Program-made: the position numbers and the translations under genes
The notes under the pieces: model-generated
What the model was told of the DNA's origin: nothing
The model's input: only the letters and a program-made list of their open reading frames with translations
The model's database searches: none
Shown here: positions 31,201 to 39,905 of the stretch, piece after piece
Numbering within the stretch: the stretch's first letter is position 1
Layout of the letters: the number at the start of each line of letters is the position of its first letter
DNA from: an uncultured bacterium
GTDB lineage: Bacteria > Patescibacteriota > JACMRA01
Direction: 5' to 3'
Length of the DNA: 64,000 bases
Assembly: GCA_963704645.1 (NCBI GenBank)
Contig: OY969926.1
Span: forward strand, 960,001-1,024,000

Positions 31201-34200
31201 TTGTAGTTTAGTTACTCCTGAACAAGTTGGTGAGTTAATAGAGAAGGCTCCTGAAGTTAGAGTTACTCCGTTTCCTGCTGTGTAGGTGTTGTTACTGTCG
31301 GTACCACATGTCCAAGTGGATGTAGTAGTAGAATATTTTAACAATTCATTATTAGCACAAGCCTTTAAATCTACTGTGTATGGGCTTACTGTGGTTCCAG
31401 CACCAGTTCTGACCAAACCTGTAGTTGCTCCAACATTTGCAATTTCATTGCCTATTATTCCATCAACTTCATTAGTAATTCCTACAACATCGGCGTCACA
31501 ATTCCAACCTGCTGTTAATGGGCCTACTCCGTCTGGATCGGTTACATAATATTTTAAAATTTGAGCAGCAGAAGAACAGTTAGCAAGCTTAGATCTAGAA
31601 ATTGCTCCATCGGCAATATCACCTGCAAGAATAGACAAATCTTGAATTTTACTGGAATTAACAGCTGCAAAAGCCAAATCAGCATTATCTACAGAACCAT
31701 CTACAATTTTAGTTGAATCGATAGAGTTTGGTGCTAAATCTGCTAAAACTATTGAACCATCTACAATTTTAGTTGAGTCTATAGAGTTGTTGGCTAACAT
31801 ACTTAAAGAAATTCCACCTGACATAATTCCTAAAGTATAAGGATCTAAATCTGTTCCAGTGCCAGAACGAACTAGGCCTTGTGATGCTGTAGCGTCAGTA
31901 ACCTCATTTCCAATTACAGCGTCAGTTTCAGAACCTACACCGTTATCAGTGGAACACTCCCAAGCCGAAGTTGTTGAATTGTATTTCAAAATCTGCCCAG
32001 TGGTACAAGCTTTTAAATCTACTATATACGGGTTTACAGTAGAGCCTGTTCCTGTTCGTACCAAACCTGTGGAAGTTCCAACATTGGTAATTTCGTTTCC
32101 AATTACACCGTCGTTTTCAGAACCTACACCACTGTCTGCACCACAATCCCAAGTACTAGCTGTTGTGTTGTATTTCAAAACTTCATTGTTAGCACAGGCT
32201 TTAATGTCTACTCTGTACGGGTTAACTGCAGTTCCTGTTCCAGTTCGCAATAAACCAGTAGAAGTTCCAACATTTAATATTTCATTTCCTACAACTCCGT
32301 CTGTCTCTGTAAATATAGATGAAACATTTCCCCAAATAGGTGTCAAAGCACTTCCTCTAGAAATTAAAACTTGGTTTGTTGTTCCAGCAGAACCAGCAGG
32401 TTTTAAAGCTCCTTGAAAAGTTATATTACCATTTTGTTCTACTACAAACTTTTTGGAATCTTGGGTTCCAAGTTGTACACTATTTGCTATAGAGTTAGAT
32501 AGATTTGAACCAAATGTATAAGTATTATTAGTTGTACCAACACTGTTATCATTTCCAATTATAGCTCCACCAACTGCATTACTTATGAAGTTACCATTTC
32601 CCAAAACCGAAAGAGCACTAGAAATAAAAATGTTATTAGTAGAACCAAAAATGTTACTATCTGCACTATCTGTATAGTTAGAAGAGCCAAATATGTAGGA
32701 ATTAGAACCATCAATTGCATTATCTTTTCCTACAGAATAAGAATTGTCGGTAGTGATAGTACTTCCATCTCCTAAAATATAGGAAGAAACTCCGTCTACT
32801 GTAGAGCTTTGCCCAATTACAATAGAGTTATTACCATTCGCAGTTGCACCGTCTCCAATAGCCACGGCATTTAAACCAGAAGCAGTTGGAGCAGTAACTG
32901 GAGTACCTGAACTTTCAGCTAAGTATTTTAAGGTTGAAACACATGTAAAAGCAGTTCCATCCCAGAATAGTTTTTGATCTTCAGCACAAGTTGGGGCATT
33001 AATAGCAAATTCAGAGCCAGTTAAAGTAATTCCGTCTCCTGCAGTGTATGCGTTGTTACTGTCTGAACTACAAACCCAATTTGTACCGTTAAATTTAAGA
33101 ATATCACCCACAGAAACACAGTCTGCTAATTTAGCGAAGGATATTCCTGCATTGGCAATATCTGCTGCAACAATTGATCCATCCACTATCTTAGTAGAAT
33201 CTACAGAGTTAGAACCTAAGTCTACCAAAGAGATAGAACCATCTAATATACTGGTTGAGTCTATTGCTCCGGATACAAAGTCTGCTGAAGTGATAGAACC
33301 GTTTACTATTTTGGTTGAATCTACGGAGTTGGAGGCTAGGTCTGAGGAACCTACTGTTCCATCTAATATCTTATCTGAAGTTATTGCGTCTGAGGCAATG
33401 TCTACGTTGGATATACTTCCGTCTACTATCTTAGATGAGTTGATAGAGTTAGAAGCTATCATTAATCCTGTTACTCCACCATTAGAGATACCTAAAGTGT
33501 AAGGATCTAGAGTAGTTCCAGAACCAGAACGTACTAATCCTTGGCTAGTTGTAGCATCTAAGATTTCATTTCCTACTACTCCGTCTGTTTCACTACTTAG
33601 GTAACTTACGTTAGATCCAGAGATTACTCTTCCTTGAGCATCTGTTGTTACATTGTTGTATGTTCCTGCTGTTCCTGTGTTGGATAGGTTGTAGGAGATT
33701 TGTGATCCACTTCTTACAGCTGTAGTTCCTGTTCCATTAGTAAAGTCTATTGTAGAACCTGCTGAAATGTTTTGTGTTGTTCCTCCGTTACTAGAGATGT
33801 TAAAGTTTGTTGTGTCTACGTCTGCAGTACATACGAAGGCTGTTCCTGTCCATTGTAGTTTAGTTACTCCTGAACAAGTTGGTGAGTTAATAGAGAAGGC
33901 TCCTGAAGTTAGAGTTACTCCGTTTCCTGCTGTGTAGGTGTTGTTACTGTCGGTACCACATGTCCAAGATACTCCATTGTACTTTAATATTTCACCAGAG
34001 TTAGTACAAGGTGTAAGTTTAGCTAAAGATACTGAAGCATTAGCTAAGTCTGCTGTGTTTACAGATCCATCCACTATCTTAGTAGAATCTACAGAGTTAG
34101 AACCTAAGTCTACCAAAGAGATAGAACCATCTAATATACTGGTTGAGTCTATTGCTCCGGATACAAAGTCTGCTGAAGTGATAGAACCGTTTACTATTTT

Positions 34201-37200
34201 GGTTGAATCTACGGAGTTGGAGGCTAGGTCTGAGGAACCTACTGTTCCATCTAATATCTTATCTGAAGTTATTGCGTCTGAGGCAATGTCTACGTTGGAT
34301 ATACTTCCGTCTACTATCTTAGATGAGTTGATAGAGTTAGAAGCTATCATTAATCCTGTTACTCCACCATTAGAGATACCTAAAGTGTAAGGATCTAGAG
34401 TAGTTCCAGAACCAGAACGTACTAATCCTTGGCTAGTTGTAGCATCTAAGATTTCATTTCCTACTACTCCGTCTGTTTCACTACTTAGGTAACTTACGTT
34501 AGATCCAGAGATTACTCTTCCTTGAGCATCTGTTGTTACATTGTTGTATGTTCCTGCTGTTCCTGTGTTGGATAGGTTGTAGGAGATTTGTGATCCACTT
34601 CTTACAGCTGTAGTTCCTGTTCCATTAGTAAAGTCTATTGTAGAACCTGCTGAAATGTTTTGTGTTGTTCCTCCGTTACTAGAGATGTTAAAGTTTGTTG
34701 TGTCTACGTCTGCAGTACATACGAAGGCTGTTCCTGTCCATTGTAGTTTAGTTACTCCTGAACAAGTTGGTGAGTTAATAGAGAAGGCTCCTGAAGTTAG
34801 AGTTACTCCGTTTCCTGCTGTGTAGGTGTTGTTACTGTCGGTACCACATGTCCAAGATACTCCATTGTACTTTAATATTTCACCAGAGTTAGTACAAGGT
34901 GTAAGTTTAGCTAAAGATACTGAAGCATTAGCTAAGTCTGCTGTGTTTACAGATCCATCCACTATCTTAGTAGAATCTACAGAGTTAGAACCTAAGTCTA
35001 CCAAAGAGATAGAACCATCTAATATACTGGTTGAGTCTATTGCTCCGGATACAAAGTCTGCTGAAGTGATAGAACCGTTTACTATTTTGGTTGAATCTAC
35101 GGAGTTGGAGGCTAGGTCTGAGGAACCTACTGTTCCATCTAATATCTTATCTGAAGTTATTGCGTCTGAGGCAATGTCTACGTTGGATATACTTCCGTCT
35201 ACTATCTTAGATGAGTTGATAGAGTTAGAAGCTATCATTAATCCTGTTACTCCACCATTAGAGATACCTAAAGTGTAAGGATCTAGAGTAGTTCCAGAAC
35301 CAGAACGTACTAAGCCTTGGCTAGTTGTAGCATCTAAGATTTCATTTCCTACTACTCCGTCTGTTTCACTACTTAGGTAACTTACGTTAGATCCAGAGAT
35401 TACTCTTCCTTGAGCATCTGTTGTTACATTGTTGTATGTTCCTGCTGTTCCTGTGTTGGATAGGTTGTAGGAGATAGTATTTGAAGCAGAATCAACTGAA
35501 GCCTCCAAACCTGTTCCAGCTGTAAAAATTACTGTGTCACCAGGCAAATTAATTACTCTTGAATTGGTTCCATCGGTGATATTAAAACTTGAACCTAAAT
35601 TAAAAGTTTCACCAGTAGTAATTGTTAGTACTCCGGAAGATGCATCAAAACTTGCCACTCTGCTATCAATTGCACAGGCCCATTCAGTACCATTGAATTT
35701 TAAAACTTGGTTATTTAAACAATCATTTCTAATTCCCAATTTATAGGGGTCAGTTGCAGTGCCAGATCCGTCTCTTCTAAGTCCACCACCAAAAATTACG
35801 TCGGTTACCTCATTTCCAATTACAGCGTCAGCTTCAGAAGTTAGGTAAGTAATATTGTTAGCAATAGTTATTCTACCCAAAGAATCTACAGTTAAGTTAT
35901 TATATGTTCCAGCAGTTACACCAGAAGCTTGAATACTAAATTCAGAGCCAACTAACTGTAAACCTGCTCCAGCGGTATAAGTTGTATTGACGTCAGAAGA
36001 ACATTCCCAATTTTGGCTAGTTGCATTCCACTTTAGAACTTGTCCAGATGCACAACCACCCAGCATTCTTAAACCGTTTGGAGTAATTTCCAAGCCCGAA
36101 TTTGAAGAGGTTGTAGAAGTATTAGAAGTATTGCTTAATTTAAGACCAACAGTGTAAGGGTCAATAGAAGTACCAGAACCATCCCTGATTAAACCTGAAT
36201 CATTTTTAACATCTACAATTTCGTTACCAACTATTGCATCAGTTTCAGCAGGTAAAGCTGCACATGTCCATACAGTTCCATTAAATACTAAGTAATCGTT
36301 TGGGTTAGCACAATTGGCTAATTTATTTAAAGTAATTGAACCATCGGCTAAACTTTGTGTAGTTATTGCTCCATTGGCAATTTTAGTAGAAGTAACAGAA
36401 CCGTTAGCTAAATCGGCTGAATTTATAGATCCATCTAATATTTTAGTAGAATCTACCGAGCCATTAGCAAGTTTACTATTGGTAACACCACCATTGGCAA
36501 TACCAACTAAATACGGGCTTAATTCTGTACCAGCTCCAATTCTCTCTAAGCCAGACGAAGTTATAACATTGGCAATTTCATTTCCAACCACAGCGTCGCT
36601 CTCAAAGTTATCTACGCATCCCCATACCACGCCGTTGAAAGAAAGAATTTGATTACTACTGGAACAAGGCGAAATTTTATCAAAACCAACTGAACCATTT
36701 TGAATTGCATTCGAGGTTACAGAGTTAGCTGCAAGCATGGACGAAGTAATTGAACTTCCAGCAATACCCAAAGTATAAGGGTCAGAATCTGTACCACTTC
36801 CAGAACGTACCAAACCACCGCCCACAGTTCCGTTTAAAACTTCATTTCCAATAACTCCATCAACCTCAACTAAACCAGTGGCTAATGTACAATTCCAACC
36901 TGCTATTAATGGACCAGTACCATCTGGATCTGCTGTATAAAACTGAATAAATTGTCCATCCATAGAACAATCTTGCAATTTATTTAGATTAATTGTTTTG
37001 TCAGCAATTTGGTCATTAGTAATGGCATTGTTAGCAATATCTTCGGTTTGGACGCTTTGATCAATAATCTTAGAGGAAGAAACAGAATTGTCTGCTAAAT
37101 CTTGATTTAAAATGCTGCCGTCAGCAATTGCGCCACTTCCTACCAAAAGGTTTAAAGTAGATAAGTCTACACTATTTCCACCTGAAATAAATAACAAATT

Positions 37201-37995
37201 ACCGCTTAAACTAAGTTTTTGGTTGTCGAAATCGGTTGAGGGAGCAGTAGTTGTTGGTGAGTTATTAGTACCAGAACCAGTATTTACTACAATATTACCA
37301 TTTTGAATACCTACATTAGCAGCGCCTGCTGGATCGTTTGCAGATCTAACTATAGGATTTTGCACAACTGAAACAGAACTTGCCATTAAATCGTTGTACT
37401 TAGAGTTTAAAGCTTCGTTGTTAAACAAATCGTTTTCATTAACATTTGCTGTAGTACCACTTGAAGTATTAGTATCCAGTTTACCACTAATTGCTGTATA
37501 AACTACAGGATTAATTACCTCGGAACATTTTAAATCAAAATCTAGATTAATTTGTGTAGAAAATAGATCATTATATCTAGCAACTAATCCATTTTCGGTA
37601 TACTCTCTTTGGCACGATGTAGGACTTTGGTTATTATCTGTTGTACAATTTTGCAATGAATCTATTTCATTTTGAACTACACATACTTGAGAATATGCAT
37701 TTAAAGGTCTATCAAACAGGCTTGTTTCATAACTAGTTTCAAATTTATTGCCTAATAAAGCTACATTTTCTAGTTTTTCCTGTTGTAATAAGTTACCACC
37801 AAATGGTTTATCGAAAAAACTTAAAACTAAACTATAATTACCATCTGGCAAAACCTTATCTGGAATAGTACCATTAATTTGGACTGTTGAAGGTTGTAAT
37901 AAAACAGAAACAGCAGACCCAACAAAGAATAGGCCTGAAAACATTAAAAATTTTAATAAATTGCTTTGTATAAAGCTTAAAGCAGCGTTTTTCAT
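25216..37995 (-). CDS. Giant (~4,260 aa) tail-fibre-like trimeric surface protein with C-terminal intramolecular-chaperone (Peptidase G2/S74-like) region and coiled coil
   Basis: N-terminal TM; GTYNNVTTDAQGRV, CxxGxxLKWNGxxWxC, decad KIVDGSI repeats, YadA-head-like NAVAIGDGATA; ADLAEIY..IGIVSTDPG..VALTGRVPVKV; PILVKSIQEQQKEI. ATG 37995 preferred. Confidence 0.8.
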   Translation of the reverse strand: MKNAALSFIQSNLLKFLMFSGLFFVGSAVSVLLQPSTVQINGTIPDKVLPDGNYSLVLSFFDKPFGGNLLQQEKLENVALLGNKFETSYETSLFDRPLNAYSQVCVVQNEIDSLQNCTTDNNQSPTSCQREYTENGLVARYNDLFSTQINLDFDLKCSEVINPVVYTAISGKLDTNTSSGTTANVNENDLFNNEALNSKYNDLMASSVSVVQNPIVRSANDPAGAANVGIQNGNIVVNTGSGTNNSPTTTAPSTDFDNQKLSLSGNLLFISGGNSVDLSTLNLLVGSGAIADGSILNQDLADNSVSSSKIIDQSVQTEDIANNAITNDQIADKTINLNKLQDCSMDGQFIQFYTADPDGTGPLIAGWNCTLATGLVEVDGVIGNEVLNGTVGGGLVRSGSGTDSDPYTLGIAGSSITSSMLAANSVTSNAIQNGSVGFDKISPCSSSNQILSFNGVVWGCVDNFESDAVVGNEIANVITSSGLERIGAGTELSPYLVGIANGGVTNSKLANGSVDSTKILDGSINSADLANGSVTSTKIANGAITTQSLADGSITLNKLANCANPNDYLVFNGTVWTCAALPAETDAIVGNEIVDVKNDSGLIRDGSGTSIDPYTVGLKLSNTSNTSTTSSNSGLEITPNGLRMLGGCASGQVLKWNATSQNWECSSDVNTTYTAGAGLQLVGSEFSIQASGVTAGTYNNLTVDSLGRITIANNITYLTSEADAVIGNEVTDVIFGGGLRRDGSGTATDPYKLGIRNDCLNNQVLKFNGTEWACAIDSRVASFDASSGVLTITTGETFNLGSSFNITDGTNSRVINLPGDTVIFTAGTGLEASVDSASNTISYNLSNTGTAGTYNNVTTDAQGRVISGSNVSYLSSETDGVVGNEILDATTSQGLVRSGSGTTLDPYTLGISNGGVTGLMIASNSINSSKIVDGSISNVDIASDAITSDKILDGTVGSSDLASNSVDSTKIVNGSITSADFVSGAIDSTSILDGSISLVDLGSNSVDSTKIVDGSVNTADLANASVSLAKLTPCTNSGEILKYNGVSWTCGTDSNNTYTAGNGVTLTSGAFSINSPTCSGVTKLQWTGTAFVCTADVDTTNFNISSNGGTTQNISAGSTIDFTNGTGTTAVRSGSQISYNLSNTGTAGTYNNVTTDAQGRVISGSNVSYLSSETDGVVGNEILDATTSQGLVRSGSGTTLDPYTLGISNGGVTGLMIASNSINSSKIVDGSISNVDIASDAITSDKILDGTVGSSDLASNSVDSTKIVNGSITSADFVSGAIDSTSILDGSISLVDLGSNSVDSTKIVDGSVNTADLANASVSLAKLTPCTNSGEILKYNGVSWTCGTDSNNTYTAGNGVTLTSGAFSINSPTCSGVTKLQWTGTAFVCTADVDTTNFNISSNGGTTQNISAGSTIDFTNGTGTTAVRSGSQISYNLSNTGTAGTYNNVTTDAQGRVISGSNVSYLSSETDGVVGNEILDATTSQGLVRSGSGTTLDPYTLGISNGGVTGLMIASNSINSSKIVDGSISNVDIASDAITSDKILDGTVGSSDLASNSVDSTKIVNGSITSADFVSGAIDSTSILDGSISLVDLGSNSVDSTKIVDGSIVAADIANAGISFAKLADCVSVGDILKFNGTNWVCSSDSNNAYTAGDGITLTGSEFAINAPTCAEDQKLFWDGTAFTCVSTLKYLAESSGTPVTAPTASGLNAVAIGDGATANGNNSIVIGQSSTVDGVSSYILGDGSTITTDNSYSVGKDNAIDGSNSYIFGSSNYTDSADSNIFGSTNNIFISSALSVLGNGNFISNAVGGAIIGNDNSVGTTNNTYTFGSNLSNSIANSVQLGTQDSKKFVVEQNGNITFQGALKPAGSAGTTNQVLISRGSALTPIWGNVSSIFTETDGVVGNEILNVGTSTGLLRTGTGTAVNPYRVDIKACANNEVLKYNTTASTWDCGADSGVGSENDGVIGNEITNVGTSTGLVRTGTGSTVNPYIVDLKACTTGQILKYNSTTSAWECSTDNGVGSETDAVIGNEVTDATASQGLVRSGTGTDLDPYTLGIMSGGISLSMLANNSIDSTKIVDGSIVLADLAPNSIDSTKIVDGSVDNADLAFAAVNSSKIQDLSILAGDIADGAISRSKLANCSSAAQILKYYVTDPDGVGPLTAGWNCDADVVGITNEVDGIIGNEIANVGATTGLVRTGAGTTVSPYTVDLKACANNELLKYSTTTSTWTCGTDSNNTYTAGNGVTLTSGAFSINSPTCSGVTKLQWTGTAFVCTADVDTTNFNISSNGGTTQNISAGSTIDFTNGTGTTAVRSGSQISYNLSNTGTAGTYNNVTTDAQGRVISGSNVSYLSSETDGVVGNEILDATTSQGLVRSGSGTTLDPYTLGISNGGVTGLMIASNSINSSKIVDGSISNVDIASDAITSDKILDGTVGSSDLASNSVDSTKIVNGSITSADFVSGAIDSTSILDGSISLVDLGSNSVDSTKIVDGSVNTADLANASVSLAKLTPCTNSGEILKYNGVSWTCGTDSNNTYTAGNGVTLTSGAFSINSPTCSGVTKLQWTGTAFVCTADVDTTNFNISSNGGTTQNISAGSTIDFTNGTGTTAVRSGSQISYNLSNTGTAGTYNNVTTDAQGRVISGSNVSYLSSETDGVVGNEILDATASGGLTRSGAGTAVSPYTIGISTGGVTGLMIATSAVDSTKIADGAIALVDLGSNSVDSSKIVDATVSLADLASNSIDSTKIVDGSITSADFVSGAIDSTSILDGSISLVDLGSNSVDSTKIVDGSVNTADLANASVSLAKLTPCTNSGEILKYNGVSWTCGTDSNNTYTAGNGVTLTSGAFSINSPTCSGVTKLQWTGTAFVCTADVDTTNFNISSNGGTTQNISAGSTIDFTNGTGTTAVRSGSQISYNLSNTGTAGTYNNVTTDAQGRVISGSNVSYLSSETDGIVGNEILDATTSQGLVRAGSGTALDPYTIGIATGGVTNTKLATSAVDSAKIADGGIALVDLGSNSVDSTKIVNGSIAGADLANCSSSGQILKYYVTDPDAAGPLLAGWNCDTDSSSNSWSLNGNSGTSSATNFIGTTDLADLVFKTNNDEAFRVDAATGNILVNTASNPNNSKVAINADPNQYTGLDIKGNIDSYFQFNIQNLNTGASASSDIVATANNGTESSYYVNLGINGQAGATAPFTDANDAYLYSSDTTLNLAALGATSKIKFFTTGGVGAPALRAVIDETGKFGIGTGTPTETLDVNGTARIRSLSTSTQAQIVAVDSNGVLSKRAFPTAGTGLQFTADSFSLTNTGVTAGTYNNVIVDAQGRVTTGSNSAYITTETDGIVGNEVLNATAAGGLTRSGAGTAGNPYTLGISAGGITSAMLLDGTILTADIATGGVTSTNILDGTIVLSDLASGSVDSLKILDGSIVNADLANSSVTITSGAGLITGGAVALGGNVTLDIGAGDGITVNANDIAVDATTAGTTATTSSNSGIESTATGIRLLGGCSDTQVLRWSAGTAVWTCSTTGGISGIGTLDSQTKSANGAVISGNNLVLQTADASNAGLVSTGTQSFAGNKTLNNNLNVNGNTSLGDSNTDITTVTNLVNSGSSLNSATSISDLPLGGSIGTALTTVDVKTTFNINQTTASQTLTLPNPTDTTSGRIVYINNIGTSGFTIFGNRLDAGKTVQAMWNGSSWKQIGGEDSESQIEIVKNVDQTVTNSTTVVAIPEWTWNVKAGDTWAFVSYPLVGGPGDNPRTAPGGIRFNLALPAGSTNCQLASGEYSTSNKSSTNTCGAAIGNSVVASNTTAATTQFYGSFTAGATGTAQIQFAQNSSNNTGTTIRAYSYMVAYKVSGADLAEIYYNLDGKAVPGQIVELAGDGQSQVNLTNKVGSEKAIGIVSTDPGQVLGANDGRGKPVAVALTGRVPVKVTAKNGNIKAGDQVTSSDIEGVGMLATKSGRVVGKALTSFEPQNPQDQGEVVVFVEPGFWQAPVNFDLSSIFTSPSLSLNNLNTQEILGDNELASLGLTKTSSPDTTYSGFDQKIVDEILLGFKTQQDQIKELQTNFASVNEKLAGLDKLSTLTSDISSENVATATPSLSSSSDEINQSGLEMVSTGSKVENGLDLIKDLQVVSNFKDGQTLYSFNLLTSSSKLISKDEQNNSFVSLQDITPILVKSIQEQQKEIEALKADSANSSSTTSSDTSTGLSFDIETLKTSFLNSIQEVKDIILGIEKANAEQDAKIKNLETENSKLKAKLDGIESRLQELEK
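29110..31315 (-). repeat. 888-bp (296-aa) tandem repeat, block B, ~2.5 copies with one variant segment (~29760-30010)
   Basis: Identical anchors at 29510, 30398 and 31286. Confidence 0.9.
33176..35475 (-). repeat. 888-bp (296-aa) tandem repeat, block A, ~2.6 near-identical copies
   Basis: Anchors 33176/34064 and 33938/34826; same unit as block B. Confidence 0.92.
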
Positions 37996-38375
37996 TTTTT
38001 GTTTTTGTTTTTTCCTCCAGCACAAAATCTTAATTGGAATTATTATTACTTGCTTTTACATTATTAACAAGTAATTTTAATAAAATCTACTGGTAAGTAA
38101 TAGATGTGAAGAAAATGACTCACCTCCATTTCGAGCTGATATATTTGAATTAAACTATTATTTGATGATAAATAATTTGTGCTTAATCGAAAAAACTATT
38201 CACCCATTTGCTAAAATTCTAAAATTTGTTGTAAACCAACAAACCCTCTGAAACTTTAATTAACATATAAATGGGGATTTACGCAGGATAGCTTGACAAA
38301 TATTCAACAAAGTATTTGATGAAAGACGATTATTTTCTTCTTACAAGGGGGAAAAAATCTAAACTTCACATTTAT

Positions 38376-38903
38376 ATGAACAATAAAATATTACTATCCT
38401 CAACAGTAGTTGCACTATTAGGTTTATCTTTAACCTCATTTGTAGCTCCAACAACTTATGCAATTGGTAAGGACATCTTCCCATTACCAGAATGCAAAAT
38501 TGTACTTTTACAACCAGATATTGACGCTGATGGAATAGCAGATCCAACAGGAATTTGGAGAGGTGTTTGGGGATATTTAAACAGAAATGCTGAAACAATT
38601 GACAACACAATTCAACCAGGAATTCAAGCAGGAGGAAATAAGAACTACTTTAACGTTGGACACAACAATAGTTCTTACAACCCAGACCAAGCTGTAGCTA
38701 ATCAAGGTCAGCCTTCCGCTTTTGCTCCAGGAAGATTCTACTCTGTATTTTCAACAGATTATCCAGCTGATACAGCATTAGGATGGTATGTAACTTACCC
38801 TAAGCTTAAATCTGCTTGGGTAAATAGCCTAACCAGTGAATGTGGAAGCGACAAAATTCAACTTTTCGTTCCAGAATCTGATTGGTATTTATACGGAATC
38901 TAG
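38376..38903 (+). CDS. Secreted hypothetical protein
   Basis: Signal peptide (..PTTYA); WGYLNRN..KNYF..NQGQPSAFAPGR motif. Confidence 0.75.
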   Translation: MNNKILLSSTVVALLGLSLTSFVAPTTYAIGKDIFPLPECKIVLLQPDIDADGIADPTGIWRGVWGYLNRNAETIDNTIQPGIQAGGNKNYFNVGHNNSSYNPDQAVANQGQPSAFAPGRFYSVFSTDYPADTALGWYVTYPKLKSAWVNSLTSECGSDKIQLFVPESDWYLYGI

Positions 38904-38922
38904 TTTTTAAACGAATAAACTA

Positions 38923-38944
38923 GTAGCGGCGAAGCTTGCGAGCC
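38923..38944 (+). repeat. GTAG-type REP
   Basis: GTAGCGGCGAAGCTTGCGAGCC; exact copy at 48486-48507. Confidence 0.75.
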
Positions 38945-38983
38945 ATAAACTATATAAATTCATTCAATTCAAAACTTCAGAGA

Positions 38984-39009
38984 CAGGCCTTCGGGCCTTG
39001 TTTTTGTTT
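38984..39009 (+). terminator. Intrinsic terminator
   Basis: AGGCC-TTCG-GGCCT followed by T-rich tail. Confidence 0.7.
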
Positions 39010-39022
39010 CCCAAAATTTATT

Positions 39023-39046
39023 GTAGGTGAGATGCTCGCCATCTCC
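39023..39046 (+). repeat. GTAG-type REP
   Basis: GTAG-GT-GAGATG-CTCGC-CATCTCC; relative at 59045-59064. Confidence 0.6.
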
Positions 39047-39093
39047 TTTTATGAAAACGACTTATATAAACTGGCCTCATAGAATTCAACAAA

Positions 39094-39603
39094 TTATTCA
39101 CACAACTTAACCCCGTACTCAAAAGCTGGCTGGCCTGAAAAAACTTTCTGCTTTCTTAAAAATTCTTGTAAACGGTACAAGCTGCAAATAAACTTTAAGT
39201 TAAAAAGTGTTACAGGCAAAGGTAGTTTAAATAAAGATGTAAACTTAAAACCAGATTCTTTCATTAAATTTAGTACAATTGGGTTACGACTTGTAGTATA
39301 AGCATTTTTCTTTCTATCTAAAATATCTTGCAAAGCCAAATTAAAAAGTTTTTTACCCAAACCCTGCCCTCTAAATTTTTCTAGTACAATTAAAACAGCC
39401 AACTCTTCCCAATGTTTAGAAATTGAAACATTTACAGCCACTGCAGCCAATTCTGAATTAACTTCGGCTACAAAAACCTTGCCAAAATTTTGCCACTCTT
39501 TTTTGGTGTATCCTGTAATATTTGGAGTTTCTTTTACAGCCTTAATTACAATATCAATTTCTTCGGAAGTTAAAGCCCACTGGGTTATTTGGAAGTTGGA
39601 CAT
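39094..39603 (-). CDS. GNAT family N-acetyltransferase
   Basis: LIVLEKFRGQGLGKKL acetyl-CoA motif A. Confidence 0.88.
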   Translation of the reverse strand: MSNFQITQWALTSEEIDIVIKAVKETPNITGYTKKEWQNFGKVFVAEVNSELAAVAVNVSISKHWEELAVLIVLEKFRGQGLGKKLFNLALQDILDRKKNAYTTSRNPIVLNLMKESGFKFTSLFKLPLPVTLFNLKFICSLYRLQEFLRKQKVFSGQPAFEYGVKLCE

Positions 39604-39749
39604 ATTTAGAAATGATAATAAATAGTGTATTAAATTTTTAAACCACCTTGTCTACAAACTTTGACATTTGTCTTCTTTTGTGATTATTTAAAGCTAAATA
39701 CTAAGTAAAATTAGTATAAATATTTGGACTTTAGTAATTTGAGGACAAT

Positions 39750-39905
39750 ATGAATTTATTTGGTAAATGTTTATTGGTTGGTGGAACAGGAGTCAAGGCC
39801 TTCCTTTTGACTCTTTCTGGAAATTTAATTGGTGCAGTGCTACTATTAGTTTACACTGCAGGCATGGGATTGATGGATAATCAAAATAAAGACCTAGAAT
39901 GCTAA
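39750..39905 (+). CDS. Small hydrophobic peptide (51 aa), not in ORF track
   Basis: GAGGA SD at 39741; MNLFGKCLLVGGTGVKAFLLTLSGNLIGAVLLLVYTAGMGLMDNQNKDLEC; TTGACA at 39661. Confidence 0.45.
   Translation: MNLFGKCLLVGGTGVKAFLLTLSGNLIGAVLLLVYTAGMGLMDNQNKDLEC

Noticed and set aside
14751-35475. Long direct repeats as CRISPR array or DGR template/variable repeats
   Set aside because: Units are 888-900 bp, in frame and without spacers. No cas or reverse transcriptase gene and no adenine-specific mismatch pattern were seen.
5031-37306. Many + strand ORFs of 60-185 aa inside the large minus-strand surface genes
   Set aside because: Antisense shadows of Thr/Gly/Ser-rich repetitive coding sequence; they recur with the 642/900/888-bp periods.
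25216-37995. Prophage
   Set aside because: Fibre-like motifs only; no integrase, terminase, capsid, portal or lysis genes nearby, and the protein has an N-terminal membrane anchor.
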